Assembly: GCA_963748625.1 (NCBI GenBank)
Contig: CAVVJT010000007.1
Span: 896,001-960,000 of the forward strand
Direction of reading: 5' to 3'
Origin: an uncultured Chloroflexia bacterium
GTDB lineage: Bacteria > Chloroflexota > Limnocylindria > Limnocylindrales > CSP1-4
DNA length: 64,000 nt
Position 1 is the first letter of the stretch, and each line of letters starts with the position of its first letter. This document shows positions 39,050 to 48,415 of this stretch, piece by piece. The notes beneath the pieces are model-generated. The model was not told the DNA's origin and made no database searches. It saw only the letters and a list, made by a program, of their open reading frames with translations. Made by a program: the position numbers and the translations under genes.

Positions 39050-39293
39050 CCGCGGGCGCGAGGTGGGCCGCGGGCGCGAGGTGGGCCGCGGGCGCGAGGT
39101 GGGCCGCGGGCGCGAGGCGCGGGCGCGAGGTGGGCCGCGGGCGCGAGGTGGGCCGCGGGCGCGAGGTGGGCCGCGGGCGCGAGGTGGGGCCGCGGGCGCG
39201 AGGGGGCCGCGGGCGCGAGGTGGGCCGCGGGCGCGAGGTGGGCCGCGGGCGCGAGGTGGGCCGCGGGCGCGAGGGGGCCGCGGGCGCGGGGGG
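39050..39293. repeat. 18-bp tandem array, about 14 copies (CCGCGGGCGCGAGGTGGG), G-rich on the plus strand
   Basis: Read directly; a few copies carry small indels. Confidence 0.95.
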
Positions 39294-39308
39294 CCGGGCG
39301 CGGGCCCC

Positions 39309-40274
39309 TTACGGCTTCGCGGTCGGCTTCACCTTGGGCGTGGGCTCGGGCGTGTAGCAGGGCACCTCGCCCTCGGGCACTGTTCCCTCCGTGCCGCACG
39401 GGACGGCCTGTTCCTCGATGGGCGGCAGCCCGCCCACGTAGTCGGTGATCACCAGCGCAAGCTCGAACGAGTCGAGGTTCGCGGCCGGTGCGAGGAATGC
39501 TGTCTGGACAACAGCGTTCGCATCCCGCTCGACGTCCACCACGGAGCCCACGATGAGCCCCTTCGGGTACGGCGAACGGATGCCGCCATCGACCGAGATG
39601 CCCGCGGTGAACACCTCCTCGTCGATCGCGATCTCCACGGCCGAGTCGATGTTGCGCATCACGAGCACGCCGCCCGCCTGGCCCACGATCTCGCCCTGGG
39701 CCCGGGAGTCCACGAGCTGCCCCACGACGGTGGAGGAGGCATCGCTGACCAGCGTCACCTTGGCGAACGTGGGACCGACGTCGGTGACCCGGCCGGCCAG
39801 CGCGCCGCCCTTGACCACCACGGTGTCGTTGAGCTCGATACCGTCCTCGGTGCCCTTGTCCACGGTCACGATCCGCCGGTTCTCCAGCAGCTCGCGACCG
39901 ATGACGCGGACCGCCACCGTCTCGTGGTCGAAGCCGGACTGGAGCTGGAGGAGCGCCGACATCTCGTCGTTCTCCGACCGCAGCCCCTCCAGCCGGGCGT
40001 TCTCGTTCCCGAGGCGCTCGTTCTCATCCCGCAGGGCGGCGTTCTCCGAGCGCAGCTGGTCGATCTCGCCGATGGCGGCGAAGACGCCGTCCACCCCGTA
40101 GGCCACCGACGCCAGCGCACCCTGGAACGGACGCAGCGCATACGACAGGCCCCGCTGCAGGTCCTGGACGTAGGGGTTGGCGGAGAACGCCATGAGCAGC
40201 AGCGTGATCGCGATGAGGATCGCGAACGTGATTCCCCGCCGACGGCCCTGCTTGCTGCTGACGATCGCGTTCAC
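39309..40274 (-). CDS. mreC: Rod shape-determining protein MreC
   Basis: TM, coiled coil, VDKGTEDGI, YPKGLIVGSV; follows mreB. Confidence 0.93.
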   Translation of the reverse strand: MNAIVSSKQGRRRGITFAILIAITLLLMAFSANPYVQDLQRGLSYALRPFQGALASVAYGVDGVFAAIGEIDQLRSENAALRDENERLGNENARLEGLRSENDEMSALLQLQSGFDHETVAVRVIGRELLENRRIVTVDKGTEDGIELNDTVVVKGGALAGRVTDVGPTFAKVTLVSDASSTVVGQLVDSRAQGEIVGQAGGVLVMRNIDSAVEIAIDEEVFTAGISVDGGIRSPYPKGLIVGSVVDVERDANAVVQTAFLAPAANLDSFELALVITDYVGGLPPIEEQAVPCGTEGTVPEGEVPCYTPEPTPKVKPTAKP

Positions 40275-40328
40275 GGCGCTGGCTCCGGGTGCCGGCGGCG
40301 GGCGGGGCCCGGCCGCGGGGGCAGGCCC

Positions 40329-41387
40329 CTAGCGGAGGGGACGGCTGTAGGTGTCGGTCACGAGGACGCGCTCCATCGACGGGTTCGTCAACTGCTGGAG
40401 CACGACGCCCGTCCCGCGCGCCACGCAGGTCAGCGGGTCGTCGGCGACGTGGACTGGCATCTGGGTCGCCTCGGCAACGCGGCGGTCGAGGCCTGCGAGC
40501 AGGGCGCCGCCACCGGCGATGACGATGCCCTGGTCCATGATGTCCGCCACCAGCTCCGGGGGCGTCTCCTCGATCGTGTCCTTGATGGTGTCCACGATCA
40601 TGGCCACCGAGACCTCGATCGCCTCGCGGATCTGGTCGGCACCGACCTCGACAGAGCGGGGCAGGCCGGTGAGCAGATCCCGTCCGCGGAGGGTGACCCG
40701 CTGGGCGTCCCATTCGCCGGGGTACGCGGACCCGATGGCGATCTTGATGTCCTCGGCCGTGCGCTCGCCGAGGAACAGGTTGTACTCGCGGCGGGCGTAG
40801 TTGACGATGTCCTGGTCCATCTCGTCGCCGCCGATCCGGATGGACCGGGACACGACGATGCCGCCCAGCGAGATGACCGCCACCTCGGTGGTGCCGCCGC
40901 CGATGTCCACGATCAGCGAGCCGGAAGGCTCCGACACGGGCAGCCCGGCGCCGATCGCTGCGGCCATCGGTTCCTCGATGAGGCGGGCCCAGCGGGCGCC
41001 CGCGTTGAGGGCGGCGTCACGGACTGCGCGCTTCTCGACCTCGGTGACGCCCGACGGGATGCCCAGCAGCATCCGGGGCCGCGGGATCAGGCCCACCCGG
41101 TCGTGCACCTTGTTCACGAAGTACTTGATCATCTGTTCCGTGACGTCGAAGTCGCTGATGACGCCGTCGCGGAGCGGACGGACCGCGATGATCGATGCGG
41201 GCGTGCGGCCGACCATGCGCTTCGCTTCGGCCCCGATGGCGAGGACGCGCTTGGTCTTTGCGTCGATCGCGACCACCGACGGCTCGCTGATCACGATGCC
41301 GCGATCGCGCACGTGCACGAGCGTGTTCGCGGTGCCGAGATCGATCCCGATGTCGCGGGAGAAGAGGCCGAGGAGTCGGTCGAACAT
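40329..41387 (-). CDS. mreB: Actin-like rod shape-determining protein MreB
   Basis: IDLGTANT, EEPMAAAIGAGL, DIGGGTTEVA. Confidence 0.98.
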   Translation of the reverse strand: MFDRLLGLFSRDIGIDLGTANTLVHVRDRGIVISEPSVVAIDAKTKRVLAIGAEAKRMVGRTPASIIAVRPLRDGVISDFDVTEQMIKYFVNKVHDRVGLIPRPRMLLGIPSGVTEVEKRAVRDAALNAGARWARLIEEPMAAAIGAGLPVSEPSGSLIVDIGGGTTEVAVISLGGIVVSRSIRIGGDEMDQDIVNYARREYNLFLGERTAEDIKIAIGSAYPGEWDAQRVTLRGRDLLTGLPRSVEVGADQIREAIEVSVAMIVDTIKDTIEETPPELVADIMDQGIVIAGGGALLAGLDRRVAEATQMPVHVADDPLTCVARGTGVVLQQLTNPSMERVLVTDTYSRPLR

Positions 41388-41618
41388 GAGGGCGGACGGT
41401 TCCTTGTTGCGACGCCGGGAGCCGACGGAGCGACCGGCGCTCGGCTGGCCCGGCGGGCCGAGATCGAATTGGTGTCGGGGAGGCAGACCCGTGAAGAGGA
41501 CGGGTGCGCCTGTGCAGTATACCGGCCGTCCAGCGGGGCACCCTTGAGGCGCCCCTGCACTCTCGGGGTTGTCCCTCCAGGTGGCCGGCGGCGGACAACC
41601 CCGTACCGATGGGCTACG

Positions 41619-41641
41619 TCAGGAGTACTCCTGATGGAGTA
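41619..41641. promoter_or_regulatory. Palindromic operator-like site (TCAGGAGTACTCCTGA; NarL-type 7-2-7 TACTCCT-GA-TGGAGTA)
   Basis: Between divergent mreB and the DGC gene, about 25 bp upstream of a TATGGT -10 at 41666. Confidence 0.5.
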
Positions 41642-41896
41642 CGGGCCGCCCGACGTCGGGAGGACTATGGTCCCGGTCCCGAACCGCGGCCAGTCCCCTG
41701 CGGAGACGGACCTGGGAGGGACGACAGCCCCGCGGGCCGTGCGGGCACGGCAGACGGGCCCACGCAGCTGTCGCGAACGCCCGGGCCTCGCGCGCAACCG
41801 ACCCCACACCGGCTGTGACCTAGGGGGAGCGCGGGAGGTCCGGCCGAAGGCGACAACCCGGACCGGTCCCCCGTCCGGACGAATGGTCGTGCACAG

Positions 41897-43342
41897 GTGA
41901 GTGCCCTGATGGACGTCCTGGTCCTGTCTTCGTCGCATCCATCGCGTGGTCGCGGCATACCCGGCGAGCTCCCCGTGGGGAGCCCGCTGTCAGCCCAACG
42001 GCGCTGGTGGGCGGCGCTCGTGCGCCTCGGCGGCCACGGTGGCTCCGTCCCGGGTCCCGTGTCCGGCGCCGTCGCCACGCGCCGCAACCCCCTGCTCGCC
42101 TACACAGGGGCCTCGATCATCCTGGGTCTGGGCATGCTCACCGTGAGCACCGCGATGGTCCCTCTGGGCACGGCGATCGATCCCGGCCTGCCTGGCACCA
42201 CGCTCGCCGGCCCCACGGGCGGGCTGCTGCTGTGGCTGATGTTCGGCCTGCTCGGATCGGTGCGCGTGCTGCGCACGCCTGACGGCGGCCACATCACCTT
42301 CCACATGCCGTTCATCGGCGCGGCCATGATCCTGGGCGGCCCCACCGCCGGAGCGTGGGTCGCATTCCTGTCCACCATCGAGCGCCGGGAGCTGGAGTCG
42401 CAGCCCTGGTACGGCATCCTCGCGAACCACGCCGTGCTCGCCATCGCCGCGGTCCTCGGGGGAATCGTGACCGGTGTCGTGGCGGAGGCGCTGGGCATCG
42501 GCGGTGAGGCGGTTGCCGCCGGCCCCTGGGATGCCGCCACGTTCGTCGCGGCGGGCGCGGGCGCGCTTGTGCTGGCGATCGTGGCCACGGCGATGGGCGC
42601 GGTCACCGTGCTCCTGCGCGACGGGCTCACCAGGCACGCCTTCCTCGAGGCGCTCCTGGGCATGCTGGGCCGGGTCACCGCCCTGGAGATCGGCCTCACC
42701 CTCGTGCTCGCCCTCGCCTTCGTGCAGGTGGGCTGGTGGACACCCGCGCTGATCGGCGCATTCGTGCTCGCGATCTGGGACAACCACCCGATGCCCACGC
42801 CCGACGCGCTGACCGGACTCCAGATCGCCGAGGGGTTCGACCGTCGCCTCGAGACGGGCCTGGGGCGGATGCGCCGCGGCATGACTCCGGGCGCGACGAT
42901 GCTCATGCTGGACCTCGACCTGTTCAAGCGGGTGAACGACAGCTACGGCCACGCCGTGGGCGACGAGGTCTTGCGCGAGATCGGGGTCCGCCTCAAGGGC
43001 CAGGCCCGCCGGACCAACGACATCGCGGGCCGGCTGGGCGGTGACGAGTTCGCGCTCTTCCTGCCGGGCCTGCTGGATCCGGTGACCGCCGTGCGGCGCG
43101 CCCAGGAGGTGCACGACGCCGTCTGCGAGCCGATCGCCACCAGCGTCGGGCCGATCACGGTGGGCGTGTCGGTGGGGGTGCTAGTCATGGAGTCGTGGGG
43201 AGGCGTCCCGTCCGTGGCGGCCGTGCGGAAGCGCGCGGACCAGGCGATGTTCCACGCCAAGCGCGCGGGCACCGGCGTCCACCGCTACAACCCCGATGAG
43301 CCCGCACCGTTCGACGACGAGCGGATCGAGGGTCTGCGCTAG
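41897..43342 (+). CDS. Membrane-bound diguanylate cyclase
   Basis: Multi-TM N-terminus; DLDLFKRVNDSYGH, RxxD I-site (RTND), intact GGDEF; start uncertain. Confidence 0.92.
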   Translation: MSALMDVLVLSSSHPSRGRGIPGELPVGSPLSAQRRWWAALVRLGGHGGSVPGPVSGAVATRRNPLLAYTGASIILGLGMLTVSTAMVPLGTAIDPGLPGTTLAGPTGGLLLWLMFGLLGSVRVLRTPDGGHITFHMPFIGAAMILGGPTAGAWVAFLSTIERRELESQPWYGILANHAVLAIAAVLGGIVTGVVAEALGIGGEAVAAGPWDAATFVAAGAGALVLAIVATAMGAVTVLLRDGLTRHAFLEALLGMLGRVTALEIGLTLVLALAFVQVGWWTPALIGAFVLAIWDNHPMPTPDALTGLQIAEGFDRRLETGLGRMRRGMTPGATMLMLDLDLFKRVNDSYGHAVGDEVLREIGVRLKGQARRTNDIAGRLGGDEFALFLPGLLDPVTAVRRAQEVHDAVCEPIATSVGPITVGVSVGVLVMESWGGVPSVAAVRKRADQAMFHAKRAGTGVHRYNPDEPAPFDDERIEGLR

Positions 43343-43376
43343 GCGATGGCTCCCGGCCCACGGGCCGGTCGCACCA

Positions 43377-44552
43377 TCAGCGCCAGTGGACCTGCTCGCC
43401 GTGCTCCCCCATGAGCGGGGCGCCCTCGGCGAACCGCTCGAAACGGAACGGGGAGATGTCCACGCTCGTCGCCGCACCGTCGAGGATCAGCTCGCTCATG
43501 CCCAGGCCGATCGCTGGCGCCGTCTTGAAGCCCGTCCCACTGTGGCCGCAATCGAGGTAGAAGCCGTCCGGTCCCGCCGCGCCGGCCGGCCCGAGGATCG
43601 CGCGCTGGTCGGGCGTGAGGCCATCCTGACCGCTGTGGTCGAAGCGCCAATCACCGTCGATGAGCCCGGGCACGCGGCGGATGATCCGCTCGGTGGCGCG
43701 CTCCGGGAACGTGGGTGCGGCGGCGGCCGTGTCGGCATCGGGTGAGCCGCCCATCTGGTCGTCGTCCTCGAGGCCCACGAGGACCATATCGTCGCCCTCG
43801 GGTCGGAAGTACATCCCGTTGGCGATGTCGATCACGACCGGGACCACGCCCGGCACGGACGCCGGCACGCCCAGCACGCCGGTGTCGTGGCGCCAGACCG
43901 TGATCGGGAGGTCCATGCCCGCGAGGGCACCGACGCGGCCCGCCCAGCCGCCCGCGGCATTGACGATGACGGGGGCGTCGATGTCGCCCTTGGTCGTCTT
44001 CACGCCTGTGACCCGCCCGCCAGCGGTCGTGATCGCGGTGACCTCGGCGTTCTGCCACAGGCGCGCACCCTTGTCCTTGGCCGCGCTGACGAACGCGCTG
44101 CAGGTGAGGTACGGGTCGGCATAGCCCGAATCCGGCTCGTAGGCAGCCACCTCGTCGCCGATCTCCAGGCCGGGGTAGAGGTGCCGGATCTCGTCGGCGG
44201 CGAGCACGCGGGAGTCCACGCCAATGGCGCGGTGCGAGGCGCTGTTGGCGGTCACGCGGTCGAGGCGGTCACCGGCCTCGATCCAGACGAAGCCGGTCCG
44301 GCGGAAGCCGCACTCGTAGCCGACGCGATCGGACCAGTTGAAGAACCACTGCTGGGAGGCCCAGGCGAGCCTCGCTTCAGCGAGGAGGTCGTAGTAGACG
44401 CGGACCAGGCCGGAGCTGCGGCCAGTGGCGCCGGCAGCGAACGATGATCGCTCCACCAGCGCGACCTTGACGCCACGCGAGGCGAGGTGGAAGGCCAGGC
44501 TGGAGCCCTGGACCCCCGCGCCGATGACGATGACGTCCGCCGTGTCCGCCAT
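43377..44552 (-). CDS. FAD-dependent oxidoreductase (DAO/sarcosine oxidase beta family)
   Basis: GAGVQG Rossmann motif, TPDQRAILG, GHSGTGFKTAPAIG. Confidence 0.92.
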   Translation of the reverse strand: MADTADVIVIGAGVQGSSLAFHLASRGVKVALVERSSFAAGATGRSSGLVRVYYDLLAEARLAWASQQWFFNWSDRVGYECGFRRTGFVWIEAGDRLDRVTANSASHRAIGVDSRVLAADEIRHLYPGLEIGDEVAAYEPDSGYADPYLTCSAFVSAAKDKGARLWQNAEVTAITTAGGRVTGVKTTKGDIDAPVIVNAAGGWAGRVGALAGMDLPITVWRHDTGVLGVPASVPGVVPVVIDIANGMYFRPEGDDMVLVGLEDDDQMGGSPDADTAAAAPTFPERATERIIRRVPGLIDGDWRFDHSGQDGLTPDQRAILGPAGAAGPDGFYLDCGHSGTGFKTAPAIGLGMSELILDGAATSVDISPFRFERFAEGAPLMGEHGEQVHWR

Positions 44553-44648
44553 GGGTTGCCCTCTCGTGTCGATGCCTGGCCGGTGCCTGTCGCGCTCCGT
44601 CGTGGGCCAGTATCCGCCAGTAGCGTCTCCGCGCGCCCGGAGTTGCGC

Positions 44649-44878
44649 CAGCGGCGTTCTCCGCGGCCATCCTCCCGCCAGGCGGGCCCTGCGTCAGCGG
44701 CGTTCTCCGCGGCCATCCTCCCGCCAGGCGGGCCCTGCGTCAGCGGCGTTCTCCGCGGCCATCCTCCCGCCAGGCGGGCCCTGCGTCAGCGGCGTTCTCC
44801 GCGGCCATCCTCCCGCCAGGCGGGCCCTGCGTCAGCGGCGTTCTCCGCGGCCATCCTCCCGCCAGGCGGGCCCTGCGT
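44649..44878. repeat. Perfect 46-bp tandem array, 5 copies
   Basis: Unit cagcggcgttctccgcggccatcctcccgccaggcgggccctgcgt; its last 24 bp are the left end of element C. Confidence 0.97.
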
Positions 44879-45006
44879 GCACAACTTCGCGCAGTCCTCC
44901 CGCCCAGCGGGCAGCCAAGGCCGGATTCGGCGCAATCCGGGTGCCTCCGCCCGCGTGGCGGCAGATCTGCACAGGATTCTGCAGACAGCGCCCGCTGGGC
45001 GGGAGG
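44855..45006. repeat. 152-bp palindromic REP/MITE-like element, copy C
   Basis: Terminal inverted repeats cctcccgccaggcgggc / gcccgctgggcgggagg; same length as A and B, ends conserved, centre diverged. Confidence 0.8.
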
Positions 45007-45072
45007 CCGAGCGCCACACCAGTCGAAGCGAGCGCCAGGCCAGACGATTGGAGCGCCGCGTACCCTTCACCC

Positions 45073-45579
45073 ATGAGCGACCCGACCATCCGCGCCGCCT
45101 ACCCGTCCTGGCCCCTCTACAACCGCCGCCTGCGCGACGCCGTCGCCGGCCTCACCGCGGACCAGCTCGCCTTCCAGCCGTCGGAGGACCGCTGGCCGAC
45201 CTGGGCGACGATCGGCCACCTCGCCTGCCAGCGCGTCTTCTGGCTGTGCGACTTCGCGGACGCGCCGGGCGCCGCGACCTCTCCCTTCCCGGATGCGGGC
45301 AACAACTGCCCGGGTGACGACGACCTCGAGCACGTCCTCTCCGCCGCCGACCTGGCGACCGCGCTCGACGCCACCTTCGCCATCGTCGAGTGGTGCCTGG
45401 ACCACTGGACGGTCGAGGACCTCGCGGCCGAGATCGCGCACCCCGAGTGGGGCGAGGACCGCGTCCACACCCGCGGCTTCTGCCTGGAGCGGGTGTTCGC
45501 CCACGATGTCTCGCACATCGCTGAGCTCAACGAGCTGCTGCGCCTGGCCGGCGCCGGGCAGATCGACCCCTGGGGCTGA
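45073..45579 (+). CDS. DinB/YfiT-family protein
   Basis: TIGHLA...H-D-V-S-H-I-A-E metal-site motif; leaderless-type TACCCT -10. Confidence 0.85.
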   Translation: MSDPTIRAAYPSWPLYNRRLRDAVAGLTADQLAFQPSEDRWPTWATIGHLACQRVFWLCDFADAPGAATSPFPDAGNNCPGDDDLEHVLSAADLATALDATFAIVEWCLDHWTVEDLAAEIAHPEWGEDRVHTRGFCLERVFAHDVSHIAELNELLRLAGAGQIDPWG

Positions 45580-45782
45580 CGGGGCGGCCGGCCGTCAGTC
45601 GTCCGCAACGATTGTGGTGGCCCGGCGTCTCATGCTGGGGTGGGGCACCCGGTCCCGCGCAGATCACTGGCGAAGGACATGACGCACAGCTCTGGCGACA
45701 GGCCGGCCCGAGCGGGACCATCGGGATCGGCGACGGAGTTGCGGGTCGACAGGCGCGTCCCATTGGGAAAGGCGGCGACCAG

Positions 45783-46274
45783 GTGGTCACTCGATGGCGG
45801 CGGCTCCTCGCCTGCGTCGGAGGCGGCCTGCTGATCGCCGCAGGCATCGTCGGCTGCGAGCGCGCACTCGTCATCCCGTCGGGCGCGCAGACCGTCCACG
45901 CGACGGTCACCCGTGACTCGGTGCGGATCGAACCTGCGACCGTCCATGCGGGCATGGTCTACATCACCGTGGACACGGACGGCTCCGAGCTGGTGTTCAT
46001 CAGCGGGAGCGACGCCGAGAGCGGCGAGGGCGGCCAACCTCGGCTGGGCGGGCTCACGGACGTGCGCCTCGACGCCGTCCTCCACGGCGACCTGGCCGAC
46101 GTCTCCATCGCGTCCGGCTTCCGCAGCGGCGGCGAGCTGGGGAACGCGAGCGAGCTTGGCGAGCTCTCAGTCGGGAAGTACCTCTTCCTGGCTGACGGCA
46201 TCGTGAACCTGGAGCCAAGGGCAAACGACTCCATCCCCCTCGACGCCGTGGCCGTGCTCGAGGTCGTGCCCTGA
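45783..46274 (+). CDS. Hypothetical lipoprotein, possibly cupredoxin-like fold
   Basis: Lipobox IVGC; IEPATVHAG...LSVGKYLF pattern. Confidence 0.55.
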   Translation: MVTRWRRLLACVGGGLLIAAGIVGCERALVIPSGAQTVHATVTRDSVRIEPATVHAGMVYITVDTDGSELVFISGSDAESGEGGQPRLGGLTDVRLDAVLHGDLADVSIASGFRSGGELGNASELGELSVGKYLFLADGIVNLEPRANDSIPLDAVAVLEVVP

Positions 46275-46313
46275 AGACGGCGCCATGCGGATGGCCGGTG
46301 AGCTCCGGAGGGA

Positions 46314-47378
46314 ATGATGTCAGACACAGCGAGAACCACTCCCCAAAGTTCCCCGCATCGGCGCTCGCGCCGTCGATGGATCCTTGTGCTGGTGGTCGGT
46401 GTCGTGGTCGTTGCCGGCGTTGCCTGGGCATCGGCGATCGGCTACATCGCCTCGACCACGCTCATGTACGGCGACGCGGAGAAGCACGGCTGCCCGACAC
46501 CGGCCGAGCAGGGCTGGGCGTACGAGGCCGTCAACTACGACATCGCGCTCGACCAGCGCCTCCCCCTGGACAACCCGGACTGGCTCACGGACTGCCCGAA
46601 CCACGGCGCCGGAACCGCCCGCGACGACGTCGTCTCGTCGGACGGGGTGCGCCTCGCGGGCTGGTACATCCCCTCGGGCGATGGCGATGACGCAACAGCG
46701 CCGACCATCGTCATCGTGCATGGCTGGGGTGTCTCCAAGTCCGACGCATTGCGCTATGCCGTCCCGCTCCACGACGACTGGAACCTGCTCCTCGTCGACA
46801 CCCGGTCCCAGGGCCGGAGCGGCGGCGACTGGATGTCCTTCGGCGTTCGCGAGGTCGAGGACGTCCGCGCGATGGTGGACTGGCTCGAACGCACCAAGGC
46901 CCCGTCGAAGATCGCGATCGTCGGGGACTCCGGGGGCGCTGCGGCTGCCGCCAAGCTGGCTCGGACCGATCCCCGCATCGCCGGTCTCGTGCTCGAGTCG
47001 GCGCATGCGCGCCTGCGCAACGCGCTGGAGCAGAAGTTCGGCGCCGATCCGCTTGGCCAACCGGTCGCGGTCACCGTGCCGATCGGGATGGCGGCCTTCT
47101 GGGTCCGGACGGGCGTCTGGCTCGGGGATGCGGACCCGCTCGACGCGATCGGCGACCTTGGCGACCGGCCACTGGCGATCAGCTACGGGACGCAGGACAC
47201 CACGGACGTCCCGGCGCTGAACGCCCAGGTGCTGAACGACGCGGCCCTCGCTGCCGGGGTGCCGGTCGAGATGCACGCCTGCGAGGGAGCGGGGCACGGG
47301 AAGGTCATCAACACGTGTCCGGACGCCTACCGGGACTGGGTGAACGCGTTCATGGAGCAGGTCTTGGGCGAAGGCTGA
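46314..47378 (+). CDS. Membrane-anchored alpha/beta hydrolase
   Basis: IVHGWG, GDSGG nucleophile elbow, GAGH. Confidence 0.88.
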   Translation: MMSDTARTTPQSSPHRRSRRRWILVLVVGVVVVAGVAWASAIGYIASTTLMYGDAEKHGCPTPAEQGWAYEAVNYDIALDQRLPLDNPDWLTDCPNHGAGTARDDVVSSDGVRLAGWYIPSGDGDDATAPTIVIVHGWGVSKSDALRYAVPLHDDWNLLLVDTRSQGRSGGDWMSFGVREVEDVRAMVDWLERTKAPSKIAIVGDSGGAAAAAKLARTDPRIAGLVLESAHARLRNALEQKFGADPLGQPVAVTVPIGMAAFWVRTGVWLGDADPLDAIGDLGDRPLAISYGTQDTTDVPALNAQVLNDAALAAGVPVEMHACEGAGHGKVINTCPDAYRDWVNAFMEQVLGEG

Positions 47379-47477
47379 TACGGCGGACCATGGCGAAGCA
47401 GGGTGCCGACGCTCGCGGTGGCCTGTCCAGGAGTGGGACGTCGGCCGGAGCACCGCAGGGCCACCGGTCCCGGCTGC

Positions 47478-48236
47478 CTACGCCGCCCGTCGCCGGTCGC
47501 CCGGCCGGTCGAAGCTGACGCCGCGATCCCGCAGCGACACCCACGCGTCGTGGCCGATGACCACGTGATCGAGCACGTCGATGTCGAGCAGGCGGCCGGC
47601 AGCGATCGCCTCCGCGGTGAGGTGGAGGTCGTCCGGCGATGGCGTCGGGTCGCCCGACGGGTGGTTGTGGACGAGGACGACTCCGCTCGCGTCCAGGCGG
47701 ACGGCGTCCCGGAACAGCTCCCCGACGCGCACGAGCGACGCGGAGACATTGCCGGCGTAGCAGGTGGACACGCGTCGCACGACGTTCTTGGCATTGAGCG
47801 CCAGCACGCGCAGCTCCTCGCGCTCGAGACGGCCCATCTCCACCATGAGGCGGTCCGCGACGTCGCGCGGGGAACGGATGACCCACTGGCCGGACGGCCA
47901 GTCCGCGACGGAGCGGCGACCCAGCTCGAACGCGGCGGCAAGCCTGGCCGCCTTCGCCTCGCCGACACCAGGGATCGCGGTCAGCTCCACGTCGGACGCC
48001 CGCGCGAGCGCCGCCACGGACGCATGGCGGGTGAGCGCCTCCTCGGCCAGGTCCATCGCGCTGCGCCCATTGGCGCCGGTGCCCCAGACGACGGCGATCA
48101 GCTCGGCTGCCGACAGGCCGGAGGGACCGCGCAAGGCCAGACGCTCCCGGGGGCGCTCCGCGGCCGGGAGGTCCCGCACGGAGCGCGAGGCCCGAGGGTG
48201 CGAGGGCCGCTCGGGAAACAGGTCGTCGGTTGTCAT
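47478..48236 (-). CDS. radC: RadC / JAB-domain protein
   Basis: ERPRERL, HhH GVGEAKA, HNHPSGDPTPSPDD, LDHVVIG. Confidence 0.95.
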   Translation of the reverse strand: MTTDDLFPERPSHPRASRSVRDLPAAERPRERLALRGPSGLSAAELIAVVWGTGANGRSAMDLAEEALTRHASVAALARASDVELTAIPGVGEAKAARLAAAFELGRRSVADWPSGQWVIRSPRDVADRLMVEMGRLEREELRVLALNAKNVVRRVSTCYAGNVSASLVRVGELFRDAVRLDASGVVLVHNHPSGDPTPSPDDLHLTAEAIAAGRLLDIDVLDHVVIGHDAWVSLRDRGVSFDRPGDRRRAA

Positions 48237-48415
48237 AGCCGCGCCTCGGGTGGGCGGCGGAATGGTCTGGTGTCCCCGGGCCCGGACGACGGAAGCCCGC
48301 CGATTCCCCCCGCCGTCCGGACCCTGAGGACACGACGAAGACTACGGATGCCCGCTTATGGCCGGCTCACACCGGACTTCGCGCCAACTTTGGCCGCGTC
48401 CACGGCGAGCCGGCC

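Noticed and set aside
39063-41900. 945-aa plus-strand ORF, and similar long antisense ORFs (32417-34993, 52108-54510)
   Set aside because: High-GC shadow frames opposite well-supported genes.
47478-48236. RadC as a marker of a mobile or anti-restriction element
   Set aside because: Full-length chromosomal type with HhH domain; no integrase or conjugation genes nearby.
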